Source: Rhizophagus irregularis (taxonomy: Eukaryota). From it: a DNA stretch of 64,000 nucleotides. Within the stretch, counting starts at the first letter, position 1. Each line of letters begins with the position of its first letter. The stretch spans positions 5,456,001-5,520,000 of the forward strand of contig NC_089429.1 of assembly GCF_026210795.1 (NCBI RefSeq), in the 5' to 3' direction. The notes beneath the pieces are model-generated. The model was not told where the DNA came from. It was given only the letters and a program-made list of their open reading frames with translations, and made no database searches. Both the position numbers and the translations under genes were made by a program. Below are positions 1-13,758 of this stretch, piece by piece.

Positions 1-2
1 CA

Positions 3-200
3 AAAAAGATACAAAATATTATTAGTAATGATGAAGAAAAATCTCTTTATGTTAATTTTGTTGATATGTCAGATGATATAGGATATAATGAAAATAGAAT
101 AAAAAGTACTTGGGGTGATAATCTTGAAAAATTGAAAGAATTGAAAGGAAAATATGATCCAAATGTTTTCTTTAGAAAAGGTGCTATCATTTGGCCATAA
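3..200 (+). CDS. C-terminal end of an FAD-linked oxidoreductase (berberine-bridge-enzyme-like domain), 5' truncated by the window edge
   Basis: Frame from position 3 reads KKIQ...LYVNFVD...[24 protein letters not shown] (TAA 198-200). This matches the BBE signature YxN...WGxNxxRLxxLKxKYDPxxxF. Confidence 0.85.
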   Translation, partial: KKIQNIISNDEEKSLYVNFVDMSDDIGYNENRIKSTWGDNLEKLKELKGKYDPNVFFRKGAIIWP

Positions 201-656
201 AAAAAAATTAATTTTAATTTTTAATTTTATTAGTCTAAATACTATATAATTTTATTACTTTTTACTTTTTTTTACTTTTTTATTTTACTTTATTTTTATT
301 TTATTTATACAGTAGTATTACTTGTGTATTTTATTATTCAGTAGTATTACTTGTTTATTTTATTTTTTACTTTCTTTCATTATATTATTATTAAGCAAAA
401 TTTTTTGTTTCGCTTTATTATTTTTTGTATTACCCGAAAGAATTGATTATTAAATAAAAGTTGTTTGTGTCCATCTACTACCTGTACGGCTGTACCTTTG
501 TATCACCTATTATTATTTGTATCATTAAGAAATTTTAACCAATAAAAATTATTTGTAGTATAAATTGTAATATAAAAAAGTCAATTAATAAATTATATTA
601 AACTGAAGATATATACTTTGAATGATAATGAACTTTTGTGTTGAATTAAAAATTTA

Positions 657-1147
657 ATCCCCTGTCGCACTGTCACTCTTACTAATTTTTAAAAATTGCG
701 TGTGATTAGCTGAGTTTATAAAATGGCCGGGAATCTTCGTTTACTTATTTCCCGGCCTCATATAGATAGCCGGGAAATTACTAAAATAGTTAATATTTAA
801 TGAGTAACACGCTCCAGCGGATTTGTGTATTATTTATTCCATGGGGAGTTGGGAATAATAGGGTTTTTTTTCCCTTCCCCTTCCCATGATATAAATGGGT
901 AATCCCCTGTCGTACTAAGTGTCACTCATGATCACCTTCATACTAATTTTTAAAAAATTGCGAGTGATTAGCCGAGTTTATAAATGACCGGGAATCTTCG
1001 TTTAGTTATTTCCCGGTCTCATATAGATAGCCGGGAAATTACTAATTTTAGTTTAAAATAGTTAAAATAGCTAATATTTAATGAGTGACACGCTCCAGGG
1101 GATTACCCATTTATTTCCAACTCCCCATGAAATAAATAACACAAATA
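657..1147. repeat. Tandemly duplicated small foldback/MITE-like element
   Basis: 657-824 and 901-1104 are near-identical copies bounded by aatcccctg...cag(c/g)ggatt. The second copy is additionally flanked by inverted repeats (about 822-858 vs 1110-1147; 891-909 vs 1097-1115). Confidence 0.65.
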
Positions 1148-1411
1148 AATACATTATTTATTAGGAACGTGCTTATTTACAGTATATTTTTTTTTTTAAT
1201 TTTTAAAAAAATAAAACGATAGATTGAGATTCATTCCGTGTGAAGATAAGTAATAGGGTATCGATAACTTTCACGTTGCAGCCGTGAAAGGCATGAATAT
1301 ATCATCAAAAAAAAAAATCACTGGCGACCAATTAGTAAAGTATCAATATTTTGCCGTCAATAAAATGTCCGTAACTCATCGAATAACTCCGAGGATCAAT
1401 ACTGCGAGAGC

Positions 1412-1452
1412 AATCTACGTATAATTGTGGTCACCACAATTATACGTAGATT
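1412..1452. repeat. Perfect 20-bp-arm hairpin palindrome
   Basis: aatctacgtataattgtggt-c-accacaattatacgtagatt. Confidence 0.9.
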
Positions 1453-1564
1453 AGAGGTTGGAACCGGATTTAAAAAATAAATTCGGTTTCATTTTAACTT
1501 ATAATATATCCGGTTCCTTCGAATCCTTCGGTGTATGGAATATGGATTTATTATGTCCGGTTTC

Positions 1565-2706
1565 TAGTGCTTCGACCCGGATGAAAACCGTCATCCGGAT
1601 TACACAAAAAAAAAATCCGGATTATATCCGGATTGACCCGGATTTTGAATCCGGATCAGATAATCCGGATTATATCCGGATTGACCCGGATTTTGAATCC
1701 GGATCAGATAATCCGGATAGAAACCGGAAACCGGATTGGATTTACAAATGATCGGCAATAATTCTGGCCAGAATTCATAACGCCGGCCAGAATTACAAAT
1801 GTGTAACATTAAATTTTCATGCCAGCCGATAAAAAATTTTTTGCCCGGTGGCTAAACTATTTTCCGGTGTCACGTGATGTTAATTTCGGCCAGAATTACA
1901 AATTTGGCCAAAATTATCCAAGACCACGAAATTTACATAATTCCAATTTCATTAAATACTTTTCTTTAAAACAATTTCATATTATTTCAGCATTGTCTCA
2001 GAATATTGTTTAACATTTCTTTGTAAATTAACTAATTATGAAATTTTAAACAAGATATTTTTATATACAGCTAAAGATTACTATAAATAGATGTGTTGGA
2101 TTAGTAAGGCAATTTTTTAAGGATTTGTTTCTTCTTTCAAAAATTAAAGAATCATTTGAATCAAATTATATAACACTAGTTTTAATTTTTAAAAAAGTTG
2201 TTATAATTATATAAATTTATAATATTGAACAATTTTTCATTTAAAACAATAATTATTATTTTGTTGTAACAAAAATAATATAAAGTTTTTTTTCTTTTGA
2301 ACGTTTGAATGTGAATCTAAAATTATTTGTTATTTGTTAATGTATAAATTTAAATAAACAAATCTGATACAAACTTCAATTAATAAATTATAATTGAAAA
2401 ATCTTCTTAAACTTACTGTATTAAAAAGTTTAATATAACAAATATAAATTTAATAAATTTTAATAAAAAAATTGGTATTAGGCGCAAAAATAATTAGCCA
2501 TAATATCATTTAGATATAGATCTTTATGGATCAGCAAAATTATTATTAATAAAAAAAAATAATAAAAATTTCATCCGGATTCCGGGTCAAACCGGATATT
2601 TTTCATCCGGTTTATAATCCGGATGAAAACCGTGAAAATCCGGATATCCGAAAAAAAAAAAAATCCGGATCAATCCGGATTGATCCGGATACGGGTCGAG
2701 GCACTA
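1565..2706. mobile_element. Non-autonomous hAT-type DNA transposon
   Basis: TIRs tagtgcttcgacccg / cgggtcgaggcacta. Exact 8-bp TSD ccggtttc at 1557-1564 and 2707-2714. Dense subterminal atccggat repeats at both ends and an AT-rich decayed interior. Confidence 0.88.
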
Positions 2707-2974
2707 CCGGTTTCTTTCAATATTCGAAAAAAATTCACTATAATTTTAGGATGTCCAATATTCATTTACTTTATATATTATAATTTTGATATATTGGCTA
2801 CTGTGATAAAATTATCTTGTTTATTTTTTTAATTAACGGATAATAATAAAATTCAATTACGGACAAAATTTTGACTGAATACATGATGGTGATGCCTACT
2901 TGATCGAAAATTTAAAACTCCTGAATCATTTATAAAACCGGTTTGCATGTAAAATAATCTAATGATCTTGATCG

Positions 2975-3442
2975 TACAGTCGACCCTTAACGAATTAGGC
3001 CGATCAGGCCTTCGTTATGAGAAATTCGTAACGAATTTATTCGGTATAGCGGAAAATTTTGGTATAATGCAGTAAAATAGAGAAAAACCAAAAAGGAAAC
3101 TTCGAAACATAAATCATCCATCTTTTGATAAAATGAATTAAAAGTGGTAAAATTGCTTATTCGAGAAAAATTTCATAAAACCAGCATCAAATTGCTTTTT
3201 ACAGTATATTAAAATTTATCTTGTAAAAATCTGTTATATTAAGAAAAGACAATTCGTTTTAAAAGAAATTCGTTATAAAAGGGTCATTTATAAGATTTTC
3301 TTCGTTCAACGTTATACTGTATTTTATTAGTAAAATTCGGGGTAACAAATTTTTTTCATATGATTAAATGCGTATCACATTAAAGATTCGTTATATCATG
3401 AATTCGTTATATTAAAATTCGCTATAGAAAAGGCTGACTGTA
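2975..3442. mobile_element. Degenerate Tc1/mariner-pogo-like MITE(s) with TA-CAGT ends
   Basis: tacagtcgacc at 2975; inverted ...actgta ends at 3321 and 3442; internal ttcgtta/taacgaa repeats. Confidence 0.4.
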
Positions 3443-6369
3443 CATCTATATATGGATCATTACCATCTTCAAAAGACAATTTCCATATACTGTAACTGAT
3501 TAATACTGCCTGTTGCTTCGCACCGGGATCAATCACATAGTACTGTAGTAAATTGTGCACACAAATAATATTCTGGAAATTAGCTAATAGCATGAACAAA
3601 AAATATTAAATTCTTTAAATTTATCATAATTTCAGTGATAAAAAATTGATATCGTCAATTAAAAATGAACATTGCATGATACGAATCTAACCAAAATCAG
3701 TTTGGCGAAAAATCGTGATATATAAAATTGACATAATTCTATGATAGCAATTCGTAATAAATTTAACGGACACATTTCACAATTCAAGTTAATTTCACAG
3801 AATTTTTTAATTATATAAAATCATTACTCACTTTATATGATCGTTACAAGATCCTATATAATGTACGATTGTATGACACAATTTATTAAGTTGCTTTCAA
3901 AATTATACTTTTGATTACTGATCCAGGGACCTCACTAGCAATGAAGTTCATTAATCCTTTCAGGTGTTATATTATTTGGATATCTTTTTGAATAAATTGC
4001 AAAAGTTTGATGCTAACTTTAAGGATATCTTGCGCTTTCTGTGGACATTCCATAATCCTCTAGTGATATAACTTGCGTTAATTCTAATCATTTCGACATT
4101 TCCGGCGTTTGTGTATTTTATGTAAGGTTGATCGGTTGAGGTCAGTTGACATTTATCAGTTTCATAATTTCTTGTGGGATGTGACGTAAAAATAAATAAA
4201 TCAGTTTCACTTTTTTCTTTTAAACCCTTGTATTGTGAGATTCTGTATACTGAATTATACTGAATTGTAAATTATTGAAAATTAGTACCAATAGCAGCAA
4301 TTCAAATTAAATCGAAGGAATAGATGGGGCCTATCATATATAACATAAACTAAGTCCCACACTTGTAAGCGCTGTAATATTAGAATCACTCATGCGAATA
4401 TATTTAAAAAAAATTTATTCATGCGAAATCTTTTTTCGCCTGATACGTATACGTGTATACATAAAATAAATAATATGAATATTAAATACATCTCCAAATA
4501 CCTTTATTTGTTTTGTGGGTGTGGGTGTGGTGTGGGTGTTTGGTGTGGCATGAATTCCATCGCTCTTTCTCTTTTTCTCATCCTTTCCCTTTTCCTCTTT
4601 CTCGAGGTCCTGATCAATGTCGCTGCACATCAACGTTTGTGATCAGGTAGCACCAAGTTCATTTTAAAAGATCTGGCTAAGTTAGCAACAATAGATAGAT
4701 TGTAATATATCAAATAAGCTGTACTTCCATTAATTTATTGAGATTTATGCAAGCAATATCGTTACGAAATAGGAATTAAAATAAACCTGTGGATAATAGG
4801 AAGACTATATTAATATGGATGCCAATTCTAATTAAAAATGAAGTTTTACTAAAAAATATTTTAGTTACGACTTTTTGCTGGATCAGTATATATTGAAAAA
4901 AAAAAATTATGAATTTTTTAATTTTATTTTGTCAATTTTGCTATAATTTTAATTTAATTTAAACAAAAAAGCACAACTCTTCATTTAATAAATTCGAATT
5001 TATGTAGTCTTTATCACATTGGATCAGATGCTGCTGCCAGAAACACCAAACTAAAAGTAGCGATATTAAAAGGTAATTGTTGAACGATGCTTCTGATTTG
5101 AGGATTTAAGAGTTAGTCGTCAAGATAAGGATATTCGACATACGCAGAAGGAATCAAGTATAATAGCCTCATTTTTTTCAAATTAAACCGAACCATGATT
5201 AGTGATTTGAAATAAAGTCGAATGGAGTCAATAGTAAAATTTAAAAATATTGTAAAAAAAAAGATTTATTAACAACTTTAAATATTATGATAAAAATCAG
5301 CTCTTTTTTAAATAAAACAATCACGTTAGTAATGACCTCTGTAATTTCATTTCCCTTGTATTTTCCAAGAAATCGTATATAAATACATAAAAAATCAAAC
5401 AAAAAAGATTGATATTTTAAAGTTTTTACTTTAAGGGTATTTGTTCTTACACATGATAAAAAATTGAATTTGGATTCTCAGGCTATATATTACTCCTATT
5501 TCTTTTTTGGTTTTAAATGATATGAAATTCAAGGCCATTATGTATGGTGATGGTGCGCACTGCAGGGTTCACGATCGGGCTAGTTTCTTCCCAATTGCAT
5601 CCAAGGTTACAGCCTGCCAACGAACTGATGGTATTTCATTTACTTAATTATTTATTTAGCGCAGCATCATTTATTTAATTTACAGGAATGGTTCATATTT
5701 AACGCGTTTGAAAATTGTAAACTAAAAATATATATATATATAATTTTAAAGATAAAAGCAAAGTCAATAGTACATTAATATTATTTATATAATACAATGC
5801 AAATAAAATGAAGAATAAATCAAAAGATTAGAAAGAAAAAATATATATACGAAAATTTGTAAAAGGTAGGAAAAAGCCAAGACTATAAATGACAGTCAAG
5901 TCAATTGACCGACCTTTTTATATATATACCAAATGTATATCAGTGTGTGATCTACCTTCTCTCTCCTTTGAAAATTGAAATTGAAAAAATAATGTCATAC
6001 ATGGAAAACAGTGTAACGAACAACTACCAATTCATAAAACCATTGCAACTTCTGTATGACTTACGATTTTGCAACTCTGTTTTATTTATCGTAAATTTAA
6101 GCTATTAATTTTCTGATTAAAAAAAATTTACTATCTGTTAATCAATTTTGTAAATTATCAGTTTTGGACTTTTAAATAATTCTACTAGTTGTAATATTTG
6201 TTACAACACCACCAATATATTTATAATAATAATAATTTATTGTGAAAATATTGAATTCTTTTAGATTCCACTCTTTTGACTTCATCTGGTTTATTAGCCT
6301 GAGCTTTAATCCCATTGTCATTTTTTTTTAACATAAATAAATACTTTTGTTGATGAAACAAAGTTCATC

Positions 6370-8955
6370 ATGGGAGATGAAAATATTAAAGTAGTCGTTA
6401 GGTGTCGGCCTCTCAATTCTAGAGGTAAATAAAAATTATTGTGCATTCTTACACATTGAAATTTTATTTAAATTTATTCTGATGTTTTAATTAGAAATTG
6501 CTCGGGGAGCAAACCGTCTCATCAGCATGGTTGGGAATCAAACATTTATAACCAGGCCAGATGTAAATGATCCTGGAAATGCTAATAAACGAGATGGTAT
6601 TGAAGATGTGAAATCGTTTACATTTGATAAGTCATATTGGTCTTTTGATAAGAATGATCCAAATTATGCTACCCAAGCAATGTTATACAACGATCTCGGT
6701 GAAGAATTTCTTGACTACGCTTTTGAAGGTTACAATACATGCATTTTTGCTTGTAAGTCTCTATATAATTATTAACTATAATCAAAAGCTGTTTTAATTA
6801 AACGTAATAATTATTATCGAATTTATGCTTTAGACGGCCAAACCAGCGCAGGGAAATCTTACTCTATGGTATGTATGATAGAAATATTACACATATAAGT
6901 GACAAATTTATTAATTCTTTAACTTTATACACTATGAAAGATGGGTTATGGAGAAGATAAAGGCATTATGCCTCTCACTTGTTGTGAATTATTTAACCGC
7001 ATAAATAATAACAAAGATCTTGAACTCACATATCAAGTACAAGTCTCTTATATTGAAATCTACAATGAAAGGGTTAGAGACTTATTAAACCCTAAAAACA
7101 AAGGAAATCTTAAAGTTAGAGAACATCCGGCTTTAGGACCATATGTAGAAGATTTGTCAAAGCTGATAGTTAACTCTTTTATTGATATTGAGAAATTAAT
7201 GGACGAGAGTAACAAGGTAAATTTGAGATCATATAATGTTATTAATAATTTTTAAGTAACTAAAATTTTACGAATTATTAGGTAAGAACAGTCGCTGCAA
7301 CAAATATGAATGAAACATCAGGTCGGTCGCATGCTGTATTTACCCTACTGGTAACGCAAAAAAGGCATGACACTCAAACAAATATGGATACTGAGAAAGT
7401 ATCTCGCATTAGGTAAATTAATTTTATATACTTTTTATTTTTAATTCACTCGAATTAACGTTTTCATAAATTGTATATTAGTTTTGTGGATTTAGCTGGC
7501 TCAGAACGTGCTAATTTAACTGGTGCAACTGGAACTCGGTTGAAAGAAGGAGTAAACATCAACAAATCATTAACAACATTTGGTAAAGTTATTGCCTCTT
7601 TAGCTGAATTTTCTGTTGATAAAAAAAAGGGCAAGAAAGAAGTTTTTGTCCCATATAGAGATTCTGTATGTTATTTTCATCTAATTTATTGTTGAGAATT
7701 TTTTTTTATTTAGCTAGAACAAATGCTTTTTTTTTAATCAAATATGGTTTTAACTTGGTTGTTGAAAGACAATTTAGGTGGAAACTCTAAAACCGCCATG
7801 ATTGCTGCCATTTCTCCAGCTGATTATGTTGAGACGCTTAGTACCTTACGTTACGCTGATGCGACTAGACGTATCAAGAATAAAGCTGTTGTTAATGAAG
7901 ATCCAAATACAAGACTTATTCGTGAACTTAAAGAAGAATTACCGATGCTGCGCAGTAAACTTGGCACTTATGATTCAAGTGAACCTTATGATCCCAGTGT
8001 TCCTCCTTCTCAACAAATTGTTGTACTTCAGGATAAAAATGGAAATACTATAAAGAAGACAAAAGAGGAATTAATCGATCAAACTCAAGCTTCTGAAAAA
8101 TTAATGGAAGAAGTTAACGAATCGTGGGCGGAAAAAGCACGAAAAACTGAAGAAATCCAAAAAGAACGTGAAAAAACGTTGGAAGAACTTGGTATTATGG
8201 TTGAAAAGAATATTGTTGGCATACATCCTCCTAAGAAAGTACCATATCTTGTCAATCTCAATGAAGATCCTCTTTTGTCAGAATGTTTAATTTACCAAAT
8301 AAAACCTGGAAAAACACGAGTCGGTCGCATTGAGTCTGATATTCCTTTGAATATACGTTTAAATGGCGACAATATATTAGATGAACATTGTTGGTTTGAA
8401 AATATAGATGGAGTTGTTACGCTGCATCCTCACGAAAATAGTACGACAATGATAAATGGTATGCGAATAAATAAAGCAAAAGAACTGAAATCTGGGTATC
8501 ATATCATTCTTGGAGATTTTCATGTGTTTCGTTTTAATAATCCTCAAGAAGTTAGTGAACGAGCGAAATCGAAACAATTAAGCATTAATGTACCACTAAC
8601 TTTAAATGAAAATGGAGAGGATAGCGCTGAAGTTTCCCCTACAAGTACAGATTCTTTAGATACTTGGATAGATTGGAACTTTGCAAGGAGAGAAGCAGCA
8701 TTAAACTCCTTAAACTCCAGAACTGATACTACTGATACTACTGATACTAGACATATTACTGATACTACTGATACTACTGATACTACTGATACTACGGTTG
8801 GGATAGATGAATCTTTACAAAGGTTGAGGGATGATCTCAAAAAAATTCAAAGTGGCCGAAGGACTCGTCCTGATAGCAGAAATAGTGATTTTGATGATAG
8901 CTCTAATGAGACTTATGAGAAAGTTCATCAGCGAAAATTTTTTTACGATCCTATG
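6370..8955 (+). CDS. Kinesin-3 (Unc104/KIF1-like) motor plus FHA domain, lacking the normal C-terminal tail; 5' part of a kinesin-kinase chimera, possibly a pseudogene
   Basis: Exons at about 6370-6424, 6495-6752, 6834-6868, 6941-7216, 7282-7412, 7482-7665 and 7747-8955. Motifs: [11 protein letters not shown]-loop [57 protein letters not shown] region [25 protein letters not shown]. The acceptor before 7747 reads atg rather than ag. Confidence 0.9.
8722..8795 (+). repeat. 9-bp coding minisatellite (actgatact)n encoding TDT repeats
   Basis: Directly visible tandem units in the kinesin-kinase linker. Confidence 0.9.
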
Positions 8956-9022
8956 GTAAATTTTTTTAATCTCGTACAATTTTTTAAAAATTGTTATGTG
9001 ACACACATTTACTTAAAATTAG

Positions 9023-10227
9023 GAATGGATCAAAAAGAAAATAGAGGAACATGATATTAATTACTTTGAATATAGTGAATTTGGCAAATTTATTGAAATT
9101 GGTAGGGGAGGATTTGGTATTGTGAGTAAAGCAGAAACTAATGATAAAAAACAAGTTGCACTGAAAGGTCTCACAAATTCAGTAATCGAGGAAAATGTTA
9201 TTAAAAATCTCGTAAAAGAGGTAAGATTTGTGTCTAAATCCATCATAATGTATAAATGGCTTATAATAAAAATTAATATATTTTATTCTTTATTTAGTTA
9301 AAACTTCTTCGTATGGTTAGTTATCATGATAATATTAACAGATTTCTTGGAATAACAAATGGTTTGTGTTTATAGTTTAATTTATTTAATTTAAATCAAT
9401 AATATTTAAATATAAATATTAGAAAAAATGATATGCTTGACATTATCTTAGAGTATTTATAATAATCCTGCATATACCGTATAATATAGATCATGCTGGA
9501 AATTATATTATGGTATTGGAATACGCCGATGAAGGGAATTTGCGAGATTATTTAAAGGTAAAATTTGATTCATTACAATGGGAAAACAAGATTCGAATGG
9601 CGTTGGATATTGCATGTGGATTAAAATGTTTGCACTCTAGAGACATAGTCCATAGGGACCTGGTAAGCCAATAATTTATTTTTATAATATCGTTTAAATG
9701 ATGATAATTTTTAATAACATAAATGATCAATTTTATAGCACTCAAAAAATATCTTAGTGAATAAGGGTAGATTATTAATTGCAGACTTTGGATTATCTAA
9801 ACATTTAGCAGAAGCTACATCTAATTCTATGGGTAGTAGAATTGGAATTATTGAATATGTTGAACCACAATGTTTGAGGAGTGTTAATTACGTAAAAGAT
9901 AAAAGTTCTGATGTTTATAGTTTAGGTGGGCGTCCTCCTTTTTGTTATACGAAAGAACGAGATATGTTAGGTTATCACATTGGTTATATGAATCTTAGAG
10001 AAGAACCAATCGAAGGTACACCTTTAGAGTATCAACAACTTTATCAAAAATGTTGGGATGGTGATCCAAAGAAAAGACCCGATATTAACCACGTATTCAA
10101 TGAAATTTTAAATAAATCTAATGCTAATGATACCAACGAACAATGTGAAGTAGCATCTAATAATAATAATTCAAATATACAATCAGGCCAATCAGATCTA
10201 TGCATAGAAACCAAGTTGATTGATTAA
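9023..10227 (+). CDS. TKL-like Ser/Thr/Tyr protein kinase domain, spliced in frame to the upstream kinesin exon; alphaF segment deleted
   Basis: Exons 9023-9220, 9298-9361, 9490-9662 and 9739-10227. Motifs GRGGFGIV, VALK, HRDLHSKNILV, IADFGLS. SDVYSLG runs directly into GRPPF, without the usual VLLWEISS-type segment. Confidence 0.85.
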
Positions 10228-10890
10228 ACAAGTTAATAATAATTAAATATCATTAAATGAAAAGGACAAGTTTGAAGCAATCTAGAAGTGTCAACCGCAC
10301 TATATAAACAGGATTCATTGTATACATAGTATAAGTATAATGATAAAGAATTTTATATATAAAATTCTTTTATATATTTATATATAATAATATACAAATA
10401 CTAGGCTATTGCCAGGAACTGAAGACGTATCCAGGTACGAAAATGATAGTACATGAAATAAGTAAAAACAAATCTAAGATGATAAAATTTTTAAATAAAT
10501 TAAATTAAAATTGTTTAGATTATTGTAGATTTGTTGTTCCATTGGCATTGGATCTCGGATAATTAAATTTACATAAGAAAGAACTGTATTTATTAGACAT
10601 CAATTTAAATTTGCATGCTTCAAAATTTTCCATCATATGATCCATTCTACTAAAGTACTTTGAATCATAGAATTTAAAGAATCATAATTGATTAAGGCTC
10701 AGAATATTTTTACCAGAAAAAAGCAACATTTGACAGAGGATTCATATCAGCTTATGGAAACCATCTACTTGAAAAGAAAATTTTTAATAATATAAAATAT
10801 TAATAAAAAATTTAAACAAATGAAAAAAAATATTAAAAATATATAATAATACAGATAATAAGTAAAATATAATTATATGTAAAAATATTA

Positions 10891-11072
10891 TACCGTATTT
10901 TATCAAAATTAAGCACCCTATTTTGCAAGAGTTTTGGATGAAAATTTTGGGGTGGTGTTTATTTTTGATATTATTTTTATTAGAAATATATATAACTTTT
11001 GCATAAAAAATTTTGAAAAGTTTATGGGGGTGCTTATTTTCAAGGGGTGTTTAATTTCAATAAAATATGGTA
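10891..11072. mobile_element. Tc1/mariner-pogo-type MITE
   Basis: Inverted ends taccgtattttatcaaaattaagcaccc / gggtgtttaatttcaataaaatatggta, TA-flanked. Confidence 0.75.
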
Positions 11073-11617
11073 TTTAAATGAATAAAATACAATAAAAAAA
11101 TATTGTTTGCTCCATATTACTTATTTTTAGTGAACTCATTTATCATTTTTTTTAAAAATATTTAATTATAATAATTCAGGCCAGCATTATGGAATTACAA
11201 TCTTAGTTCAGATTATAAAAAATTTTGACCAATAAAATTACTTATATAGTATAATTTAAATTATTTATACAAAAATCATTTAAATTATATATTAATAATT
11301 TTATTTATATATTTTCTTGAAAGTTTAACTAGTAGTTTAATAGTATTTAACTATTTATTTTAAATTCAGATTTCCATATATTTTCATAATATTCAATATG
11401 AATTTCTATGTGGATTTTAAGTGGAAAAAATTTTCTGATAAAATTTTAGTGTTCTGTATTAGTATTATAGTATTTACTAGTTTAGATAAACTATTTATAT
11501 ATATATATTAAATATTTGAATATGAATTTAATAAAAATTTTGTAGATAATTGCTATAATATAAATTTTTTATAATTTTTACCTTAATGTACTATAAAATA
11601 AAAAAAAAAATTTTAAG

Positions 11618-12281
11618 TATGGTGCAAGTAAACTATACTCGACAATCACGTGATGATGTTTCAATTTTCTGGCGCAAGTTTCATATCACGTAATCAGGTA
11701 TTATCCAATAAAAAATGAGAATTTTTATATATTACAATGTTTCGTATATAATATTTTATGTCAAAACGAAAATTTTATTTATTAAAACTCTTCATATTTG
11801 AATTATATGGTATTGTAACGACCTTTTTTTCTAGGTATCTTACTGCTAACTTGTTGTTGTCATTTTGTTTTTATGTGATATCAGTAAAGCCAGATTGAAA
11901 TTTTCTTATTCACATGTGAAGATTTTCTCATGAATCAAAAGGTTTTCTCATTATTAAAGGAATTTTCTCATGATCAAATGAATATGATAATTCGGGCTAG
12001 CATTGAAATATCATAATTTCAGCCTGAATTATAAAAATTTTTGACCAATAAGATAGAGTACATATGATTAAATTTAGGGCGATCATATAAAAATCGGTTA
12101 GTTTTAAATGCCTATAACTTTTTATACAGATTTTTTTTCAAAAATCTGACTGGTAATTTGATAGTACTTGTCTTGAAGAATAAAACTACCAGTTTATTTT
12201 CTTTAAAATTTATTTTTTAAAATTTTATAAGATTTTTTAGTATTACAATTTTATTGTTGAGTATAGTTTACTTGCACCATA
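11618..12281. mobile_element. Non-autonomous TIR transposon, TA-flanked
   Basis: TIRs tatggtgcaagtaaactatactc-g-acaat / attgt-t-gagtatagtttacttgcaccata. Confidence 0.8.
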
Positions 12282-13577
12282 GTTTACTAAAAATTAATAT
12301 AAATAAATTTGCTAATTATTTTACTTACTTAATAAATAAATTGGCAATTAATTAAAAAATTAAAAAATTAATTAAAAAACTATTAAAAATAAGAAAATTT
12401 TAAATTAAAAAATAAGTATTATATTATAATATAATAAAAATAATAATTAATAAAAAATTAAAAATAAATAAAAAGAAACTTTATTATATAATTATATATA
12501 TAATATTATAAGTTTTTTACTTCAAATCACTGGAGATAATCATCATTGTTGACTAGAATTATCAATTTTTACTGGCATTATATTTTTTTAATACTAGTCG
12601 ATCATCATAATTTCAGCCACCAGTAATCATTACCTCTAATGATAGTTAAAAAAATTTATATTATAAATGGATTTTTAAAATTAAATAAATATTGATTTTA
12701 ATTTATCTATTTTAATATTATATTAATATGGGTTTAAAATTTAAACACATCTGCATTTGAATAAAATTCTGCCTATTATTAAGATAGATCACCCTGTAAC
12801 CTAAGGTAAGGTTTACATATAAAACTCTTTGAAATTCCTACTATAAAAGGAAATTTTATGTTACATTGTTATGATTTTTTCAATTAACCAATAGAATTTA
12901 AGCAAATCCTAAGGTAAGGTTTCATATAAAAGTGAAATTTCTACTGGTAACATATCTTAGTAGTAAGCGGAATCCTGTTTGAATGCACCTTATGATATAA
13001 GTCAAAAATAAAGTTTTAAACCCCTTTTGTCATAGTAAGTAAAGTTGTAAAGGAGGCAAAAATACACATATAATGTGAGTTTATTTATAAATATATAAGG
13101 TATAAATTGCATTTATTTAAAAAAATCAGAAATTTGCTGGTATCATGTAATAAAATGATCCGCATTTTTATTATATAAAATTTTCAAAAAAGAGGAATGC
13201 GTTCAAAACACAAAATGCATTCAAATTTTAATACAAAAGGTTTTTTAAATTATATAATATTAAAAAATATTAAATTATATTTATTTAGAGTTTTTAAATC
13301 TTTAATTTTTTTTTTAATAAAAATAGTTTTTTTTTAAAATTTTATTAAATTAAATATTTTATATATTTAATAAAATATAAAATAATTATTTTAATAAATT
13401 ACTACATATAATATTAAAATATAACTTAATTTTATATTATAATATTTTTAAAAGGATATTTAAATAGAATTATTGGAAATGTATTTAGTTTATTAGTAAT
13501 ATACAGTAATTGTATTAATCTTTTATATTTAATAAAATATATTAAATAAATTTAAAAAAAAAATATAATAGTATAAA

Positions 13578-13758
13578 TGTTGTGCCTCAGATTGATTCTT
13601 GCCTCAAATTAAAACTCACGCTGCGTAAGATCAATACCAGATCACGTGCATTACATATATGGTAATTTTACTATGTAGATCATCACGTGTATATACATAA
13701 TTCGTCACATCCTATTGGTAGTTTTAATCTGAAGCAAGAATCAATCTGAGGCACAACA
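13578..13758. mobile_element. TGT...ACA MITE with 4-bp TSD (Ginger-like termini)
   Basis: About 39-bp TIRs tgttgtgcctcagattgattcttgcctcaaattaaaact / agttttaatctgaagcaagaatcaatctgaggcacaaca. taaa is duplicated on both sides. Confidence 0.75.

Noticed and set aside
1458..1809. ORFs with repeated NPDYIRIDPDF
   Set aside because: They are translations of hAT subterminal DNA repeats and cross the TSD junction.
3920..4660. Short ORF fragments, including the 72-aa and 73-aa ORFs
   Set aside because: Low complexity, broken by stops, and no recognisable family.
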